Of a DNA stretch of 64,000 nucleotides, positions 11,509-23,092 are shown in pieces. Positions within the stretch are counted from its first letter, which is position 1, and every line of letters starts with the position of its first letter. The position numbers were made by a program, and so were the translations under genes. This DNA is from Escherichia coli (GTDB lineage Bacteria; Pseudomonadota; Gammaproteobacteria; Enterobacterales; Enterobacteriaceae). Under the pieces are notes generated by a model, which saw only the letters and a list, made by a program, of their open reading frames with translations, had not been told where the DNA came from and did not search any database. The DNA is taken from assembly GCF_003334765.1 (NCBI RefSeq), contig NZ_QOWT01000001.1. One strand, written 5' to 3'.

Positions 11509-14500
11509 ATGATTCCACAGATTTCCCAGGCACCCGGCGTCGTTCAACTGGTGCTTAATTTTTTGCAAGAGCTGGAGCAACAAGGTTTTACCGGCGATAC
11601 GGCGACAAGTTATGCCGATCGTCTGACAATGTCGACCGACAACAGTATTTACCAACTTCTCCCCGATGCGGTGGTATTTCCGCGTTCAACCGCAGATGTG
11701 GCGCTGATCGCCCGTCTTGCCGCGCAGGAACGCTATTCATCGCTGATCTTTACCCCCCGCGGCGGCGGCACCGGCACTAACGGTCAGGCGCTCAACCAGG
11801 GGATTATTGTTGATATGTCCCGCCATATGAACCGCATCATCGAAATTAACCCTGAAGAGGGCTGGGTGCGCGTTGAGGCCGGGGTGATAAAAGATCAACT
11901 CAATCAGTACCTGAAACCGTTCGGCTACTTTTTTGCGCCGGAACTTTCGACCAGCAACCGGGCAACGCTCGGTGGGATGATCAATACCGATGCATCCGGT
12001 CAGGGATCGCTGGTCTATGGCAAAACGTCAGATCACGTACTTGGCGTACGCGCGGTGTTGTTGGGGGGCGATATTCTCGATACGCAACCTTTACCCGTCG
12101 AATTGGCGGAAACGCTGGGTAAATCCAATACCACAATCGGGCGAATTTATAACACGGTTTATCAACGTTGCCGTCAGCAACGCCAGTTAATTATCGACAA
12201 CTTCCCCAAACTTAACCGCTTTCTTACCGGTTACGATCTGCGTCATGTCTTTAACGATGAGATGACCGAGTTCGACCTGACGCGCATTCTGACGGGTTCA
12301 GAAGGGACGCTGGCCTTTATTACCGAAGCGCGGCTGGATATTACACGCTTGCCTAAAGTGCGCCGTCTGGTGAACGTCAAATATGACTCTTTTGACTCTG
12401 CGCTGCGTAACGCGCCGTTTATGGTTGAGGCGCGGGCGCTTTCGGTAGAGACGGTGGACTCAAAAGTGCTGAATCTGGCGCGGGAAGATATTGTCTGGCA
12501 TTCCGTCAGCGAGTTGATTACCGATGTGCCTGACCAAGAGATGCTCGGGCTGAACATTGTGGAATTTGCTGGTGATGATGAGGCGCTGATTGATGAGCGG
12601 GTAAATGCACTCTGTGCGCGGTTGGATGAGCTGATCGCCAGTCATCAAGCAGGTGTCATCGGCTGGCAGGTGTGCCGTGAGCTGGCGGGGGTTGAACGTA
12701 TCTATGCAATGCGCAAAAAAGCCGTTGGTCTGCTTGGCAATGCCAAAGGTGCCGCTAAGCCAATTCCGTTTGCTGAGGATACCTGCGTACCGCCGGAACA
12801 CCTGGCGGATTATATTGCTGAATTTCGCGCGCTGCTCGACAGCCACGGCTTAAGCTACGGTATGTTCGGTCACGTCGACGCAGGTGTCTTGCACGTCCGT
12901 CCAGCGCTGGATATGTGCGATCCTCAACAAGAGATTTTGATGAAGCAAATCTCTGATGACGTGGTGGCGCTGACTGCGAAATACGGTGGTTTGTTGTGGG
13001 GCGAGCACGGCAAAGGTTTTCGCGCTGAATACAGCCCGGCGTTTTTCGGTGAGGAACTTTTTGCAGAACTGCGCAAAGTGAAAGCGGCATTTGACCCGCA
13101 TAACCGACTCAACCCAGGGAAGATTTGCCCGCCAGAAGGTCTCGATGCGCCGATGATGAAAGTGGACGCGGTGAAGCGCGGTACATTCGATCGGCAGATC
13201 CCCATTGCGGTACGCCAGCAGTGGCGCGGTGCGATGGAGTGTAACGGCAACGGTTTATGCTTCAACTTTGATGCCCGTAGTCCGATGTGTCCGTCGATGA
13301 AGATCACCCAGAACCGGATTCATTCACCGAAAGGGCGCGCAACGCTGGTGCGTGAATGGCTGCGTTTGTTGGCGGATCGCGGCGTTGATCCACTCAAACT
13401 GGAACAAGAACTGCCTGAATCCGGCGTCAGTTTGCGGACGTTAATTGCCCGCACGCGCAATAGCTGGCATGCGAATAAAGGCGAATATGACTTCTCACAC
13501 GAAGTCAAAGAGGCGATGTCGGGCTGTCTGGCCTGTAAAGCGTGTTCGACCCAGTGCCCCATCAAAATTGATGTGCCGGAGTTTCGCTCTCGTTTTCTGC
13601 AGCTCTATCACACCCGTTATTTACGCCCGCTGCGCGACCACCTCGTCGCTACGGTCGAGAGCTACGCGCCGCTGATGGCACGCGCGCCGAAAACCTTTAA
13701 CTTCTTCATTAACCAGCCGCTGGTGCGCAAACTCTCGGAAAAACATATCGGCATGGTTGATTTGCCGCTGCTGTCGGTCCCCTCGCTACAACAACAAATG
13801 GTGGGGCATCGCTCGGCAAACATGACGCTGGAACAGCTTGAATCTCTCAATGCAGAGCAGAAAGCGCGCACAGTGTTGGTGGTGCAGGACCCCTTTACCA
13901 GCTATTACGATGCGCAAGTGGTGGCGGATTTTGTCCGTCTGGTCGAAAAATTAGGTTTCCAGCCTGTGTTACTGCCATTTTCGCCAAATGGCAAAGCCCA
14001 GCATATTAAAGGTTTTCTTAATCGTTTTGCGAAGACGGCGAAAAAGACGGCGGATTTCCTCAACCGTATGGCGAAGCTGGGTATGCCAATGGTGGGCGTC
14101 GATCCGGCGCTGGTACTTTGTTATCGCGATGAATATAAACTGGCGCTGGGCGAGGAGCGTGGCGAGTTTAACGTCTTACTGGCGAATGAATGGCTGGCAA
14201 GCGCACTTGAGTCACAGCCAGTGGCTACAGTCAGCGGTGAATCATGGTATTTCTTTGGTCACTGTACCGAAGTTACCGCCTTGCCGGGTGCGCCAGCACA
14301 ATGGGCCGCGATATTTGCCCATTTTGGCGCGAAACTGGAAAATGTCAGCGTGGGTTGCTGCGGCATGGCAGGGACTTACGGACATGAAGCGAAAAACCAT
14401 GAAAATTCGCTCGGGATCTATGAGTTATCCTGGCATCAGGCTATGCAGCGACTGCCGCGTAACCGCTGTCTGGCGACCGGATATTCCTGCCGTAGCCAGG

Positions 14501-14565
14501 TAAAACGGGTTGAAGGCACGGGGGTACGCCATCCTGTGCAGGCTTTACTGGAGATTATTAAATGA
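11509..14565 (+). CDS. ydiJ: Large FAD-linked oxidase fused to an Fe-S/CCG domain (reported D-2-hydroxyglutarate dehydrogenase)
   Basis: 1018-aa ORF with an FAD-binding N-terminal region and cysteine-rich motifs (CLACKACSTQCP; C-terminal CCG-like). Confidence 0.88.
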   Translation: MIPQISQAPGVVQLVLNFLQELEQQGFTGDTATSYADRLTMSTDNSIYQLLPDAVVFPRSTADVALIARLAAQERYSSLIFTPRGGGTGTNGQALNQGIIVDMSRHMNRIIEINPEEGWVRVEAGVIKDQLNQYLKPFGYFFAPELSTSNRATLGGMINTDASGQGSLVYGKTSDHVLGVRAVLLGGDILDTQPLPVELAETLGKSNTTIGRIYNTVYQRCRQQRQLIIDNFPKLNRFLTGYDLRHVFNDEMTEFDLTRILTGSEGTLAFITEARLDITRLPKVRRLVNVKYDSFDSALRNAPFMVEARALSVETVDSKVLNLAREDIVWHSVSELITDVPDQEMLGLNIVEFAGDDEALIDERVNALCARLDELIASHQAGVIGWQVCRELAGVERIYAMRKKAVGLLGNAKGAAKPIPFAEDTCVPPEHLADYIAEFRALLDSHGLSYGMFGHVDAGVLHVRPALDMCDPQQEILMKQISDDVVALTAKYGGLLWGEHGKGFRAEYSPAFFGEELFAELRKVKAAFDPHNRLNPGKICPPEGLDAPMMKVDAVKRGTFDRQIPIAVRQQWRGAMECNGNGLCFNFDARSPMCPSMKITQNRIHSPKGRATLVREWLRLLADRGVDPLKLEQELPESGVSLRTLIARTRNSWHANKGEYDFSHEVKEAMSGCLACKACSTQCPIKIDVPEFRSRFLQLYHTRYLRPLRDHLVATVESYAPLMARAPKTFNFFINQPLVRKLSEKHIGMVDLPLLSVPSLQQQMVGHRSANMTLEQLESLNAEQKARTVLVVQDPFTSYYDAQVVADFVRLVEKLGFQPVLLPFSPNGKAQHIKGFLNRFAKTAKKTADFLNRMAKLGMPMVGVDPALVLCYRDEYKLALGEERGEFNVLLANEWLASALESQPVATVSGESWYFFGHCTEVTALPGAPAQWAAIFAHFGAKLENVSVGCCGMAGTYGHEAKNHENSLGIYELSWHQAMQRLPRNRCLATGYSCRSQVKRVEGTGVRHPVQALLEIIK

Positions 14566-14972
14566 TATGGAAACGGAAAATCACCCTGGAAGCACTGAAT
14601 GCTATGGGTGAAGGAAACATGGTGGGGTTCCTGGATATTCGCTTTGAACATATTGGTGATGACACCCTTGAAGCGACAATGCCAGTAGACTCGCGGACAA
14701 AGCAGCCTTTCGGGTTGCTGCATGGAGGAGCATCCGTGGTACTGGCCGAAAGTATCGGTTCCGTTGCCGGTTATTTATGTACCGAAGGTGAGCAAAAAGT
14801 GGTTGGTCTGGAAATCAATGCTAACCACGTCCGCTCGGCACGAGAAGGGCGGGTGCGCGGCGTATGCAAACCGTTGCATCTCGGTTCGCGTCACCAGGTC
14901 TGGCAGATTGAAATCTTCGATGAGAAAGGGCGTTTGTGCTGTTCGTCACGATTGACGACCGCCATTTTGTGA
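14562..14972 (+). CDS. menI: 1,4-dihydroxy-2-naphthoyl-CoA thioesterase (hotdog fold)
   Basis: 136-aa ORF (…FGLLHGGASVVLAESIGS…), PaaI/hotdog family; its start overlaps the ydiJ stop by 4 nt. Confidence 0.85.
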   Translation: MIWKRKITLEALNAMGEGNMVGFLDIRFEHIGDDTLEATMPVDSRTKQPFGLLHGGASVVLAESIGSVAGYLCTEGEQKVVGLEINANHVRSAREGRVRGVCKPLHLGSRHQVWQIEIFDEKGRLCCSSRLTTAIL

Positions 14973-15071
14973 CGTTGTCACCAGAAAAGTGTGACGCATA
15001 TTGCTTTTGGTCATTATCTGCACAGTAAACGGTGGTATACTGTGCAGGTCTTGTCTAAAAGCGAGGATGCT

Positions 15072-15260
15072 ATGTCTACTCAACTTGATCCCACCCAGCT
15101 GGCCATTGAATTTTTACGCCGTGACCAGAGCAATCTTTCACCTGCCCAATATCTCAAACGTCTGAAACAACTAGAACTTGAATTTGCTGACCTGCTTACT
15201 CTCTCTTCTGCTGAATTAAAAGAAGAAATCTACTTTGCCTGGCGTCTGGGCGTGCATTGA
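15072..15260 (+). CDS. ydiH: Small protein of unknown function
   Basis: ATG at 15072 gives the 62-aa MSTQLDPTQLAIEFLRRDQSNLSPAQYLKRLKQLELEFADLL…; the track ORF is longer from an upstream start. Confidence 0.7.
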   Translation: MSTQLDPTQLAIEFLRRDQSNLSPAQYLKRLKQLELEFADLLTLSSAELKEEIYFAWRLGVH

Positions 15261-15461
15261 TCCTGACTTAATGCCGCAAGTTCGCCAAATCGACCTGGAT
15301 TAACCTCCGTCCAGGTTCGATGACCTTCTTAATACTGCTTATCTACCGCCTGATATTGTTCAAAAATAATACTAATCGCAGTTTGTGTTAAAACGGCGGG
15401 TTAGCTTTATGAGATTATTCTTATCGCCCCTTCAAGAGCTAAGCCACTGAGAGTGCCGGAG

Positions 15462-15529
15462 ATAAGCGCCGGATGGGGTAGAAACCCTTAAGCCTGTGTC
15501 GCACAGACTTAAGGGTTTTCTTATTTCTG
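15462..15529 (+). ncRNA. Candidate small RNA (possibly RydB) or intrinsic terminator; extent and strand uncertain
   Basis: Perfect 11-bp stem AAACCCTTAAG (15483-15493) / CTTAAGGGTTT (15509-15519) followed by a T-rich tract. RydB is reported in the ydiH-sufA intergenic region, but I could not confirm its sequence from memory. Confidence 0.3.
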
Positions 15530-15747
15530 AACGCTGCACTTTTTTACCTATCTCTTAAATAGTCATTTTCAATACAACTTTTTCTTTTTCATCACAGCCT
15601 TAATGCTCCTTAGATAATAACCATTATCTAACAATGAGATACCTAATTCTTAGCGTGCCTGTTAACCCACACATCAGGGTCTATGCTTATTAAAAGCAGG
15701 CAAAAAGCATGTTTTACGGTAAAGCCCCTGCGTTTGCTGGGTTGAAC

Positions 15748-15764
15748 TGATAATCATTATCACT
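15748..15764. promoter_or_regulatory. Fur box in the suf operon promoter
   Basis: TGATAATCATTATCACT about 45 bp upstream of the sufA ATG, matching the GATAATGATAATCATTATC Fur consensus; Fur repression of suf is established. Confidence 0.7.
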
Positions 15765-15807
15765 AACATGCTGTTATACGCTGAAAGCGATGAAGTGAGG
15801 TAAATCG

Positions 15808-16176
15808 ATGGACATGCATTCAGGAACCTTTAACCCACAAGATTTCGCCTGGCAAGGCTTAACGCTGACACCCGCAGCGGCGATACACATCCGTGAGCTG
15901 GTGGCAAAGCAGCCGGGTATGGTCGGCGTGCGCTTAGGCGTGAAGCAAACGGGCTGCGCGGGCTTTGGCTATGTGCTCGACAGTGTTAGCGAGCCGGACA
16001 AAGACGATCTGCTGTTTGAACACGACGGCGCGAAGCTGTTTGTCCCGCTGCAAGCGATGCCGTTTATTGATGGCACGGAAGTCGATTTCGTTCGTGAAGG
16101 ACTTAATCAGATATTCAAATTTCACAACCCTAAAGCCCAGAATGAATGTGGCTGTGGCGAAAGCTTTGGGGTATAG
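15808..16176 (+). CDS. sufA: Fe-S cluster carrier, A-type
   Basis: 122-aa ORF ending in the C-terminal CGCGESF motif. Confidence 0.92.
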   Translation: MDMHSGTFNPQDFAWQGLTLTPAAAIHIRELVAKQPGMVGVRLGVKQTGCAGFGYVLDSVSEPDKDDLLFEHDGAKLFVPLQAMPFIDGTEVDFVREGLNQIFKFHNPKAQNECGCGESFGV

Positions 16177-16184
16177 GCGGTACT

Positions 16185-17672
16185 ATGTCTCGTAATACTG
16201 AAGCAACTGACGATGTCAAAACCTGGACCGGCGGCCCGCTGAATTATAAAGAAGGATTCTTCACCCAGTTAGCCACCGATGAGCTGGCAAAGGGGATAAA
16301 CGAAGAGGTGGTGCGCGCAATTTCGGCGAAGCGTAATGAGCCGGAGTGGATGCTGGAGTTTCGTCTAAACGCCTATCGCGCATGGCTGGAGATGGAAGAA
16401 CCGCACTGGTTGAAAGCGCACTACGACAAGCTGAATTATCAGGATTACAGCTACTACTCAGCACCATCGTGCGGTAATTGTGACGACACTTGCGCGTCTG
16501 AACCTGGCGCGGTGCAGCAAACTGGCGCGAACGCCTTTTTAAGTAAAGAGGTGGAGGCGGCGTTTGAGCAGTTGGGCGTTCCCGTGCGGGAAGGCAAAGA
16601 GGTGGCGGTGGATGCCATTTTCGACTCAGTTTCGGTTGCCACTACTTATCGCGAAAAACTGGCGGAGCAGGGAATTATTTTCTGTTCCTTTGGTGAGGCG
16701 ATCCACGATCACCCGGAACTGGTGCGTAAATATCTCGGCACCGTGGTGCCGGGGAATGACAACTTCTTTGCCGCGCTTAATGCGGCGGTAGCCTCTGACG
16801 GTACGTTTATTTATGTGCCTAAAGGCGTGCGCTGCCCGATGGAACTTTCCACCTATTTTCGCATTAACGCAGAAAAAACCGGGCAGTTTGAGCGCACCAT
16901 TCTGGTGGCCGACGAAGACAGCTACGTCAGCTACATTGAAGGCTGTTCCGCTCCGGTGCGTGACAGCTATCAGTTACACGCGGCAGTGGTGGAAGTCATC
17001 ATCCATAAAAACGCCGAGGTGAAATATTCCACGGTACAAAACTGGTTTCCTGGCGATAACAACACCGGCGGTATTCTCAACTTCGTCACCAAGCGTGCTT
17101 TGTGCGAAGGCGAAAACAGCAAAATGTCATGGACGCAATCAGAAACCGGGTCAGCGATTACGTGGAAATATCCCAGCTGCATTTTGCGCGGCGATAACTC
17201 CATTGGTGAGTTTTACTCAGTGGCGCTGACCAGCGGTCATCAGCAAGCGGATACCGGCACCAAGATGATCCACATCGGTAAAAACACCAAATCGACCATT
17301 ATCTCGAAAGGGATCTCTGCCGGACATAGTCAGAACAGTTATCGCGGCTTAGTGAAAATCATGCCGACGGCAACCAATGCGCGCAATTTCACTCAGTGCG
17401 ACTCAATGCTGATTGGCGCTAATTGTGGGGCGCATACCTTCCCGTATGTTGAGTGTCGTAACAATAGTGCGCAACTGGAACACGAGGCAACGACATCACG
17501 TATTGGTGAAGATCAACTGTTTTACTGCCTGCAACGCGGGATCAGCGAAGAAGACGCCATCTCGATGATTGTTAACGGTTTCTGCAAAGACGTGTTCTCG
17601 GAGCTGCCGTTGGAATTTGCCGTTGAAGCACAAAAACTCCTCGCCATCAGTCTTGAACACAGCGTCGGATAA
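16185..17672 (+). CDS. sufB: Fe-S cluster assembly scaffold SufB
   Basis: ATG at 16185 gives [29 protein letters not shown]… (495 aa); the track ORF starts 13 codons upstream. Confidence 0.92.
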   Translation: MSRNTEATDDVKTWTGGPLNYKEGFFTQLATDELAKGINEEVVRAISAKRNEPEWMLEFRLNAYRAWLEMEEPHWLKAHYDKLNYQDYSYYSAPSCGNCDDTCASEPGAVQQTGANAFLSKEVEAAFEQLGVPVREGKEVAVDAIFDSVSVATTYREKLAEQGIIFCSFGEAIHDHPELVRKYLGTVVPGNDNFFAALNAAVASDGTFIYVPKGVRCPMELSTYFRINAEKTGQFERTILVADEDSYVSYIEGCSAPVRDSYQLHAAVVEVIIHKNAEVKYSTVQNWFPGDNNTGGILNFVTKRALCEGENSKMSWTQSETGSAITWKYPSCILRGDNSIGEFYSVALTSGHQQADTGTKMIHIGKNTKSTIISKGISAGHSQNSYRGLVKIMPTATNARNFTQCDSMLIGANCGAHTFPYVECRNNSAQLEHEATTSRIGEDQLFYCLQRGISEEDAISMIVNGFCKDVFSELPLEFAVEAQKLLAISLEHSVG

Positions 17673-17681
17673 GGAATAAAC

Positions 17682-18428
17682 ATGTTAAGTATTAAAGATT
17701 TACACGTCAGCGTGGAAGATAAAGCTATCCTGCGCGGATTAAGCCTCGACGTTCATCCCGGCGAAGTTCACGCCATTATGGGGCCAAACGGTTCGGGCAA
17801 AAGTACCTTATCGGCAACGCTTGCCGGGCGAGAAGATTATGAAGTGACGGGCGGCACGGTTGAGTTCAAAGGCAAAGATTTGCTTGCGCTGTCGCCGGAA
17901 GATCGCGCGGGCGAAGGCATCTTTATGGCCTTCCAGTATCCGGTGGAGATTCCAGGTGTCAGTAACCAGTTTTTCCTGCAAACGGCACTTAATGCGGTGC
18001 GCAGCTATCGCGGCCAGGAAACGCTCGACCGCTTTGATTTTCAGGATTTGATGGAAGAGAAAATCGCTCTCCTGAAGATGCCGGAAGATTTATTAACCCG
18101 TTCGGTAAACGTTGGTTTTTCCGGCGGCGAGAAAAAGCGCAACGATATTTTGCAAATGGCGGTGCTGGAACCGGAGTTATGCATTCTTGATGAGTCGGAC
18201 TCCGGGCTGGATATTGACGCATTAAAAGTGGTCGCCGATGGCGTGAACTCGCTGCGTGATGGCAAGCGCTCATTCATCATTGTTACGCACTACCAACGCA
18301 TTCTCGACTACATCAAGCCTGATTACGTTCATGTGCTATATCAGGGACGAATTGTGAAATCCGGCGATTTCACGTTGGTCAAACAACTGGAGGAGCAGGG
18401 TTATGGCTGGCTTACCGAACAGCAGTAA
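17682..18428 (+). CDS. sufC: Fe-S cluster assembly ATPase SufC
   Basis: 248-aa ORF with Walker A (GPNGSGKST) and ABC signature (FSGGEKKR). Confidence 0.93.
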   Translation: MLSIKDLHVSVEDKAILRGLSLDVHPGEVHAIMGPNGSGKSTLSATLAGREDYEVTGGTVEFKGKDLLALSPEDRAGEGIFMAFQYPVEIPGVSNQFFLQTALNAVRSYRGQETLDRFDFQDLMEEKIALLKMPEDLLTRSVNVGFSGGEKKRNDILQMAVLEPELCILDESDSGLDIDALKVVADGVNSLRDGKRSFIIVTHYQRILDYIKPDYVHVLYQGRIVKSGDFTLVKQLEEQGYGWLTEQQ

Positions 18429-19674
18429 CGCGCTGCAACAGTGGCATCACTTGTTTGAAGCTGAAGGGACAAAACGCTCCCCGCAAGCACAGCAGCATTT
18501 ACAACAATTGCTGCGTACCGGACTGCCGACACGTAAACATGAAAACTGGAAATATACGCCGCTGGAAGGGCTGATCAATAGCCAGTTTGTCAGCATTGCG
18601 GGAGAGATATCCCCACAGCAGCGTGATGCCTTAGCGTTAACGTTAGACTCCGTGCGGCTGGTGTTTGTCGATGGGCGTTACGTGCCCGCACTGAGCGATG
18701 CAACTGAAGGCAGCGGATATGAAGTGAGCATTAACGACGACCGTCAGGGTTTACCCGACGCTATTCAGGCGGAAGTGTTTCTGCATTTGACGGAAAGCCT
18801 GGCACAAAGCGTGACGCATATCGCCGTGAAGCGCGGTCAACGGCCGGCAAAGCCATTGCTGTTAATGCATATCACCCAGGGCGTGGCAGGTGAAGAGGTG
18901 AACACTGCCCATTACCGACATCATCTGGATCTGGCGGAAGGTGCCGAAGCAACGGTGATCGAACATTTTGTCAGCCTGAATGATGCTCGTCATTTTACCG
19001 GGGCACGGTTCACTATCAACGTCGCAGCGAATGCCCACTTGCAGCATATCAAGCTGGCGTTTGAAAACCCGCTCAGTCACCACTTTGCTCATAACGATTT
19101 GTTGCTGGCTGAGGATGCCACCGCATTTAGCCACAGTTTCCTGCTGGGTGGCGCAGTGTTACGACACAACACCAGTACGCAACTCAATGGCGAAAACAGC
19201 ACGCTGCGGATCAATAGCCTGGCGATGCCGGTGAAAAACGAGGTGTGTGATACCCGTACCTGGCTGGAACACAATAAAGGTTTTTGTAACAGCCGACAGT
19301 TGCACAAAACTATCGTCAGCGACAAAGGCCGCGCGGTATTTAACGGTTTGATCAACGTCGCGCAGCACGCCATCAAAACGGATGGTCAGATGACCAACAA
19401 CAATCTGCTGATGGGCAAACTGGCGGAAGTGGATACGAAACCGCAGCTGGAAATCTATGCAGATGATGTGAAATGCAGCCACGGCGCGACGGTGGGGCGT
19501 ATTGATGATGAACAGATATTCTATCTGCGCTCGCGCGGGATCAATCAGCAGGATGCCCAGCAGATGATCATTTACGCCTTCGCTGCCGAACTGACGGAAG
19601 CACTGCGTGATGAGGGGCTTAAACAGCAGGTGCTGGCCCGAATCGGTCAACGGCTGCCAGGAGGTGCAAGATGA
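18403..19674 (+). CDS. sufD: Fe-S cluster assembly protein SufD
   Basis: 423-aa ORF overlapping the sufC 3' end by 26 nt. Confidence 0.9.
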
Positions 19675-20891
19675 TTTTTTCCGTCGACAAAGTGCGGGCC
19701 GACTTTCCGGTGCTTTCGCGTGAGGTAAACGGTTTGCCGCTGGCTTATCTCGACAGCGCCGCCAGTGCGCAGAAACCGAGCCAGGTGATTGACGCCGAGG
19801 CCGAGTTTTATCGTCATGGCTACGCGGCGGTGCATCGTGGTATTCATACCTTAAGCGCCCAGGCGACCGAGAAAATGGAGAACGTGCGCAAGCGGGCATC
19901 GCTGTTTATTAATGCCCGTTCGGCGGAAGAGCTGGTGTTCGTCCGCGGCACGACGGAAGGGATCAATCTGGTCGCCAATAGCTGGGGCAACAGCAACGTG
20001 CGGGCGGGCGATAACATCATCATCAGTCAGATGGAGCACCACGCTAACATTGTTCCCTGGCAGATGCTTTGCGCACGCGTTGGCGCAGAGCTGCGTGTGA
20101 TCCCGCTCAATCCCGATGGTACGTTGCAACTGGAGACGCTGCCTACGCTGTTTGATGAGAAAACTCGCCTGCTGGCAATTACTCATGTCTCCAACGTGCT
20201 TGGCACAGAAAATCCACTGGCGGAAATGATCACGCTTGCGCACCAGCATGGCGCAAAAGTGCTGGTGGATGGCGCTCAGGCGGTGATGCATCATCCGGTG
20301 GATGTTCAGGCGCTGGATTGCGACTTTTACGTGTTCTCCGGGCATAAACTGTATGGCCCCACCGGAATTGGCATTCTTTATGTGAAAGAAGCCTTGTTGC
20401 AGGAGATGCCGCCGTGGGAAGGGGGCGGTTCTATGATCGCCACCGTCAGCCTGAGTGAAGGCACTACCTGGACCAAAGCACCATGGCGGTTTGAAGCCGG
20501 TACACCCAATACCGGGGGCATCATTGGTCTTGGCGCGGCGCTGGAGTATGTTTCGGCGCTGGGGCTTAATAACATAGCCGAGTATGAACAGAATCTGATG
20601 CATTATGCGCTATCACAGCTGGAATCTGTACCGGATCTCACTCTCTATGGCCCACAAAACAGGCTTGGCGTTATTGCTTTTAATCTCGGTAAACACCACG
20701 CCTATGATGTTGGCAGTTTTCTCGATAATTACGGCATTGCTGTGCGTACCGGACATCACTGCGCAATGCCATTGATGGCCTATTACAACGTCCCTGCGAT
20801 GTGTCGGGCGTCGCTGGCCATGTATAACACCCATGAAGAAGTGGATCGTCTGGTGACCGGCCTGCAACGTATTCACCGTTTGCTGGGATAA
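19671..20891 (+). CDS. sufS: Cysteine desulfurase SufS (PLP-dependent)
   Basis: 406-aa ORF with the PLP-lysine motif [12 protein letters not shown] and active-site Cys context (RTGHHCA); 4-nt overlap with the sufD stop. Confidence 0.93.
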   Translation: MIFSVDKVRADFPVLSREVNGLPLAYLDSAASAQKPSQVIDAEAEFYRHGYAAVHRGIHTLSAQATEKMENVRKRASLFINARSAEELVFVRGTTEGINLVANSWGNSNVRAGDNIIISQMEHHANIVPWQMLCARVGAELRVIPLNPDGTLQLETLPTLFDEKTRLLAITHVSNVLGTENPLAEMITLAHQHGAKVLVDGAQAVMHHPVDVQALDCDFYVFSGHKLYGPTGIGILYVKEALLQEMPPWEGGGSMIATVSLSEGTTWTKAPWRFEAGTPNTGGIIGLGAALEYVSALGLNNIAEYEQNLMHYALSQLESVPDLTLYGPQNRLGVIAFNLGKHHAYDVGSFLDNYGIAVRTGHHCAMPLMAYYNVPAMCRASLAMYNTHEEVDRLVTGLQRIHRLLG

Positions 20892-20903
20892 CAGGGAGGC
20901 ACT

Positions 20904-21329
20904 ATGGCTTTATTGCCGGATAAAGAAAAGTTGCTGCGTAATTTTTTACGCTGCGCCAACTGGGAAGAGAAATATCTCTACATTATTGAGCTGGGCCAGC
21001 GTCTGCCAGAATTACGCGACGAAGACAGAAGTCCACAAAATAGCATTCAGGACTGTCAGAGTCAGGTGTGGATTGTCATGCGCCAGAATGCCCAGGGAAT
21101 TATTGAATTACAGGGCGACAGCGATGCGGCGATTGTGAAAGGGCTTATTGCGGTCGTCTTTATTCTCTACGATCAGATGACGCCGCAGGATATTGTCAAT
21201 TTCGATGTGCGTCCGTGGTTTGAAAAAATGGCGCTCACCCAACATCTCACCCCATCTCGTTCACAAGGTCTGGAAGCGATGATTCGCGCAATTCGCGCAA
21301 TTCGCGCCAAAGCCGCTGCACTTAGCTAA
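20904..21329 (+). CDS. sufE: Sulfur acceptor protein SufE
   Basis: 141-aa ORF ([32 protein letters not shown]…). The C-terminus carries three IRA units where I recall two (138 aa) in K-12. Confidence 0.9.
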   Translation: MALLPDKEKLLRNFLRCANWEEKYLYIIELGQRLPELRDEDRSPQNSIQDCQSQVWIVMRQNAQGIIELQGDSDAAIVKGLIAVVFILYDQMTPQDIVNFDVRPWFEKMALTQHLTPSRSQGLEAMIRAIRAIRAKAAALS

Positions 21330-21477
21330 ACTAAAAGGACAGCTTTCATCCGGTTGGCTCACATTGCCGGATGGTCAATGTTTACACTGACCTGCACAGG
21401 AGTGTTTTGGTTTCAGGTGAACATAAGCGCCATCCGACGTTTCAGCGTGAGTCTCCGGCAAATACAGGAGGTTTACA

Positions 21478-22482
21478 ATGAAACGCGCGTCTTTGCTTAC
21501 ACTCACGCTTATCGGCGCTTTTAGCGCCATCCAGGCTGCCTGGGCGGTTGATTATCCGCTACCACCAACCGGAAGCCGACTGGTTGGGCAAAATCAAACG
21601 TATACGGTGCAAGAAGGGGATAAAAACCTTCAGGCTATTGCCCGACGTTTTGATACTGCGGCAATGTTGATCCTTGAAGCCAATAACACTATCGCCCCGG
21701 TGCCAAAACCTGGTACGACGATAACTATTCCTTCACAACTGTTATTACCTGATGCACCGCGTCAGGGGATTATCGTTAACCTTGCAGAGCTGCGCCTTTA
21801 TTATTATCCGCCGGGAGAAAATATTGTGCAGGTTTATCCAATAGGTATTGGATTGCAGGGGCTGGAAACGCCGGTGATGGAAACGCGTGTTGGGCAGAAA
21901 ATCCCTAACCCAACCTGGACGCCTACGGCAGGCATTCGTCAGCGTTCGCTGGAGCGTGGCATTAAATTACCGCCAGTCGTTCCTGCCGGACCAAATAACC
22001 CGCTAGGACGTTACGCACTGCGCCTCGCGCATGGTAATGGCGAATACCTCATTCATGGTACCAGTGCGCCGGACAGCGTCGGTTTGCGCGTCAGTTCAGG
22101 GTGTATTCGCATGAATGCACCGGATATTAAAGCCTTGTTCTCCAGCGTGCGGACGGGAACGCCGGTGAAAGTGATCAACGAACCGGTGAAATATTCCGTG
22201 GAGCCTAACGGGATGCGTTATGTTGAAGTACATCGACCACTATCGGCAGAAGAACAGCAGAACGTTCAGACAATGCCATACACACTGCCAGCAGGCTTTA
22301 CGCAATTTAAAGACAATAAGGCTGTAGATCAGAAGTTAGTCGATAAAGCGTTGTATCGTCGGGCAGGGTATCCGGTTTCGGTGAGCAGTGGAGCAACTCC
22401 CGCAGCCAGCAATGCGCCTTCAGTAGAGTCAGCGCAGAATGGTGAACCAGAGCAAGGGAATATGTTACGCGTGACGCAGTAG
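21478..22482 (+). CDS. ldtE: L,D-transpeptidase (YkuD domain, signal peptide)
   Basis: 334-aa ORF with a signal peptide ([23 protein letters not shown]) and the catalytic motif [20 protein letters not shown]. Confidence 0.88.
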
Positions 22483-22496
22483 CGGTAAACGGCAGA

Positions 22497-22530
22497 CAAA
22501 AAAAATGGCGCACAATGTGCGCCATTTTTC
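22497..22530. terminator. Bidirectional intrinsic terminator between convergent ldtE and lpp
   Basis: A-run, then the perfect palindrome ATGGCGCACAATGTGCGCCAT, then T-run; reads as hairpin plus U-tail on both strands. Confidence 0.8.
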
Positions 22531-22545
22531 ACTTCACAGGTACTA

Positions 22546-22794
<249 letters not shown>

Positions 22795-23036
22795 CTAGAT
22801 TGAGTTAATCTCCATGTAGCGTTACAAGTATTACACAAAGTTTTTTATGTTGAGAATATTTTTTTGATGGGAAGGCACTTATTTTTGATCGTTCGCTCAA
22901 AGAAGCATCGAACGCTGGGTTTTAGATAAAAAAATTGAGAGAAAACAGGATGCTTCCATCGGATTCATCTTAGATAAAGTGAGATTATATAGTGAAATCC
23001 GATTTGATTTTTTATTGCTTCTGGTTATCGATTAAA

Positions 23037-23062
23037 TAAAAAAAGCGCCCATCAGGGCGCTT
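23037..23062 (-). terminator. Intrinsic terminator downstream of pykF
   Basis: Stem AAGCGCCC / GGGCGCTT with loop ATCA, followed on the minus strand by a U-tract (plus-strand A-run 23037-23044). Confidence 0.65.
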
Positions 23063-23092
23063 CGATATACAAATTAATTCACAAAAGCAATA

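Noticed and set aside
19159-20603. Minus-strand ORFs of 246 and 250 aa antisense to sufD and sufS
   Set aside because: Both overlap well-defined suf genes and are Arg/His/Pro-rich, as expected for antisense frames of GC-rich coding sequence; no RBS or motifs.
21330-21477. Inverted repeat CATCCGG…CCGGATG downstream of sufE as a REP element or terminator
   Set aside because: It lacks the REP consensus (GCCGGATGCGGCG / GCCTGATAAGCG) and has no U-tract; at most a weak stem-loop, so not annotated.
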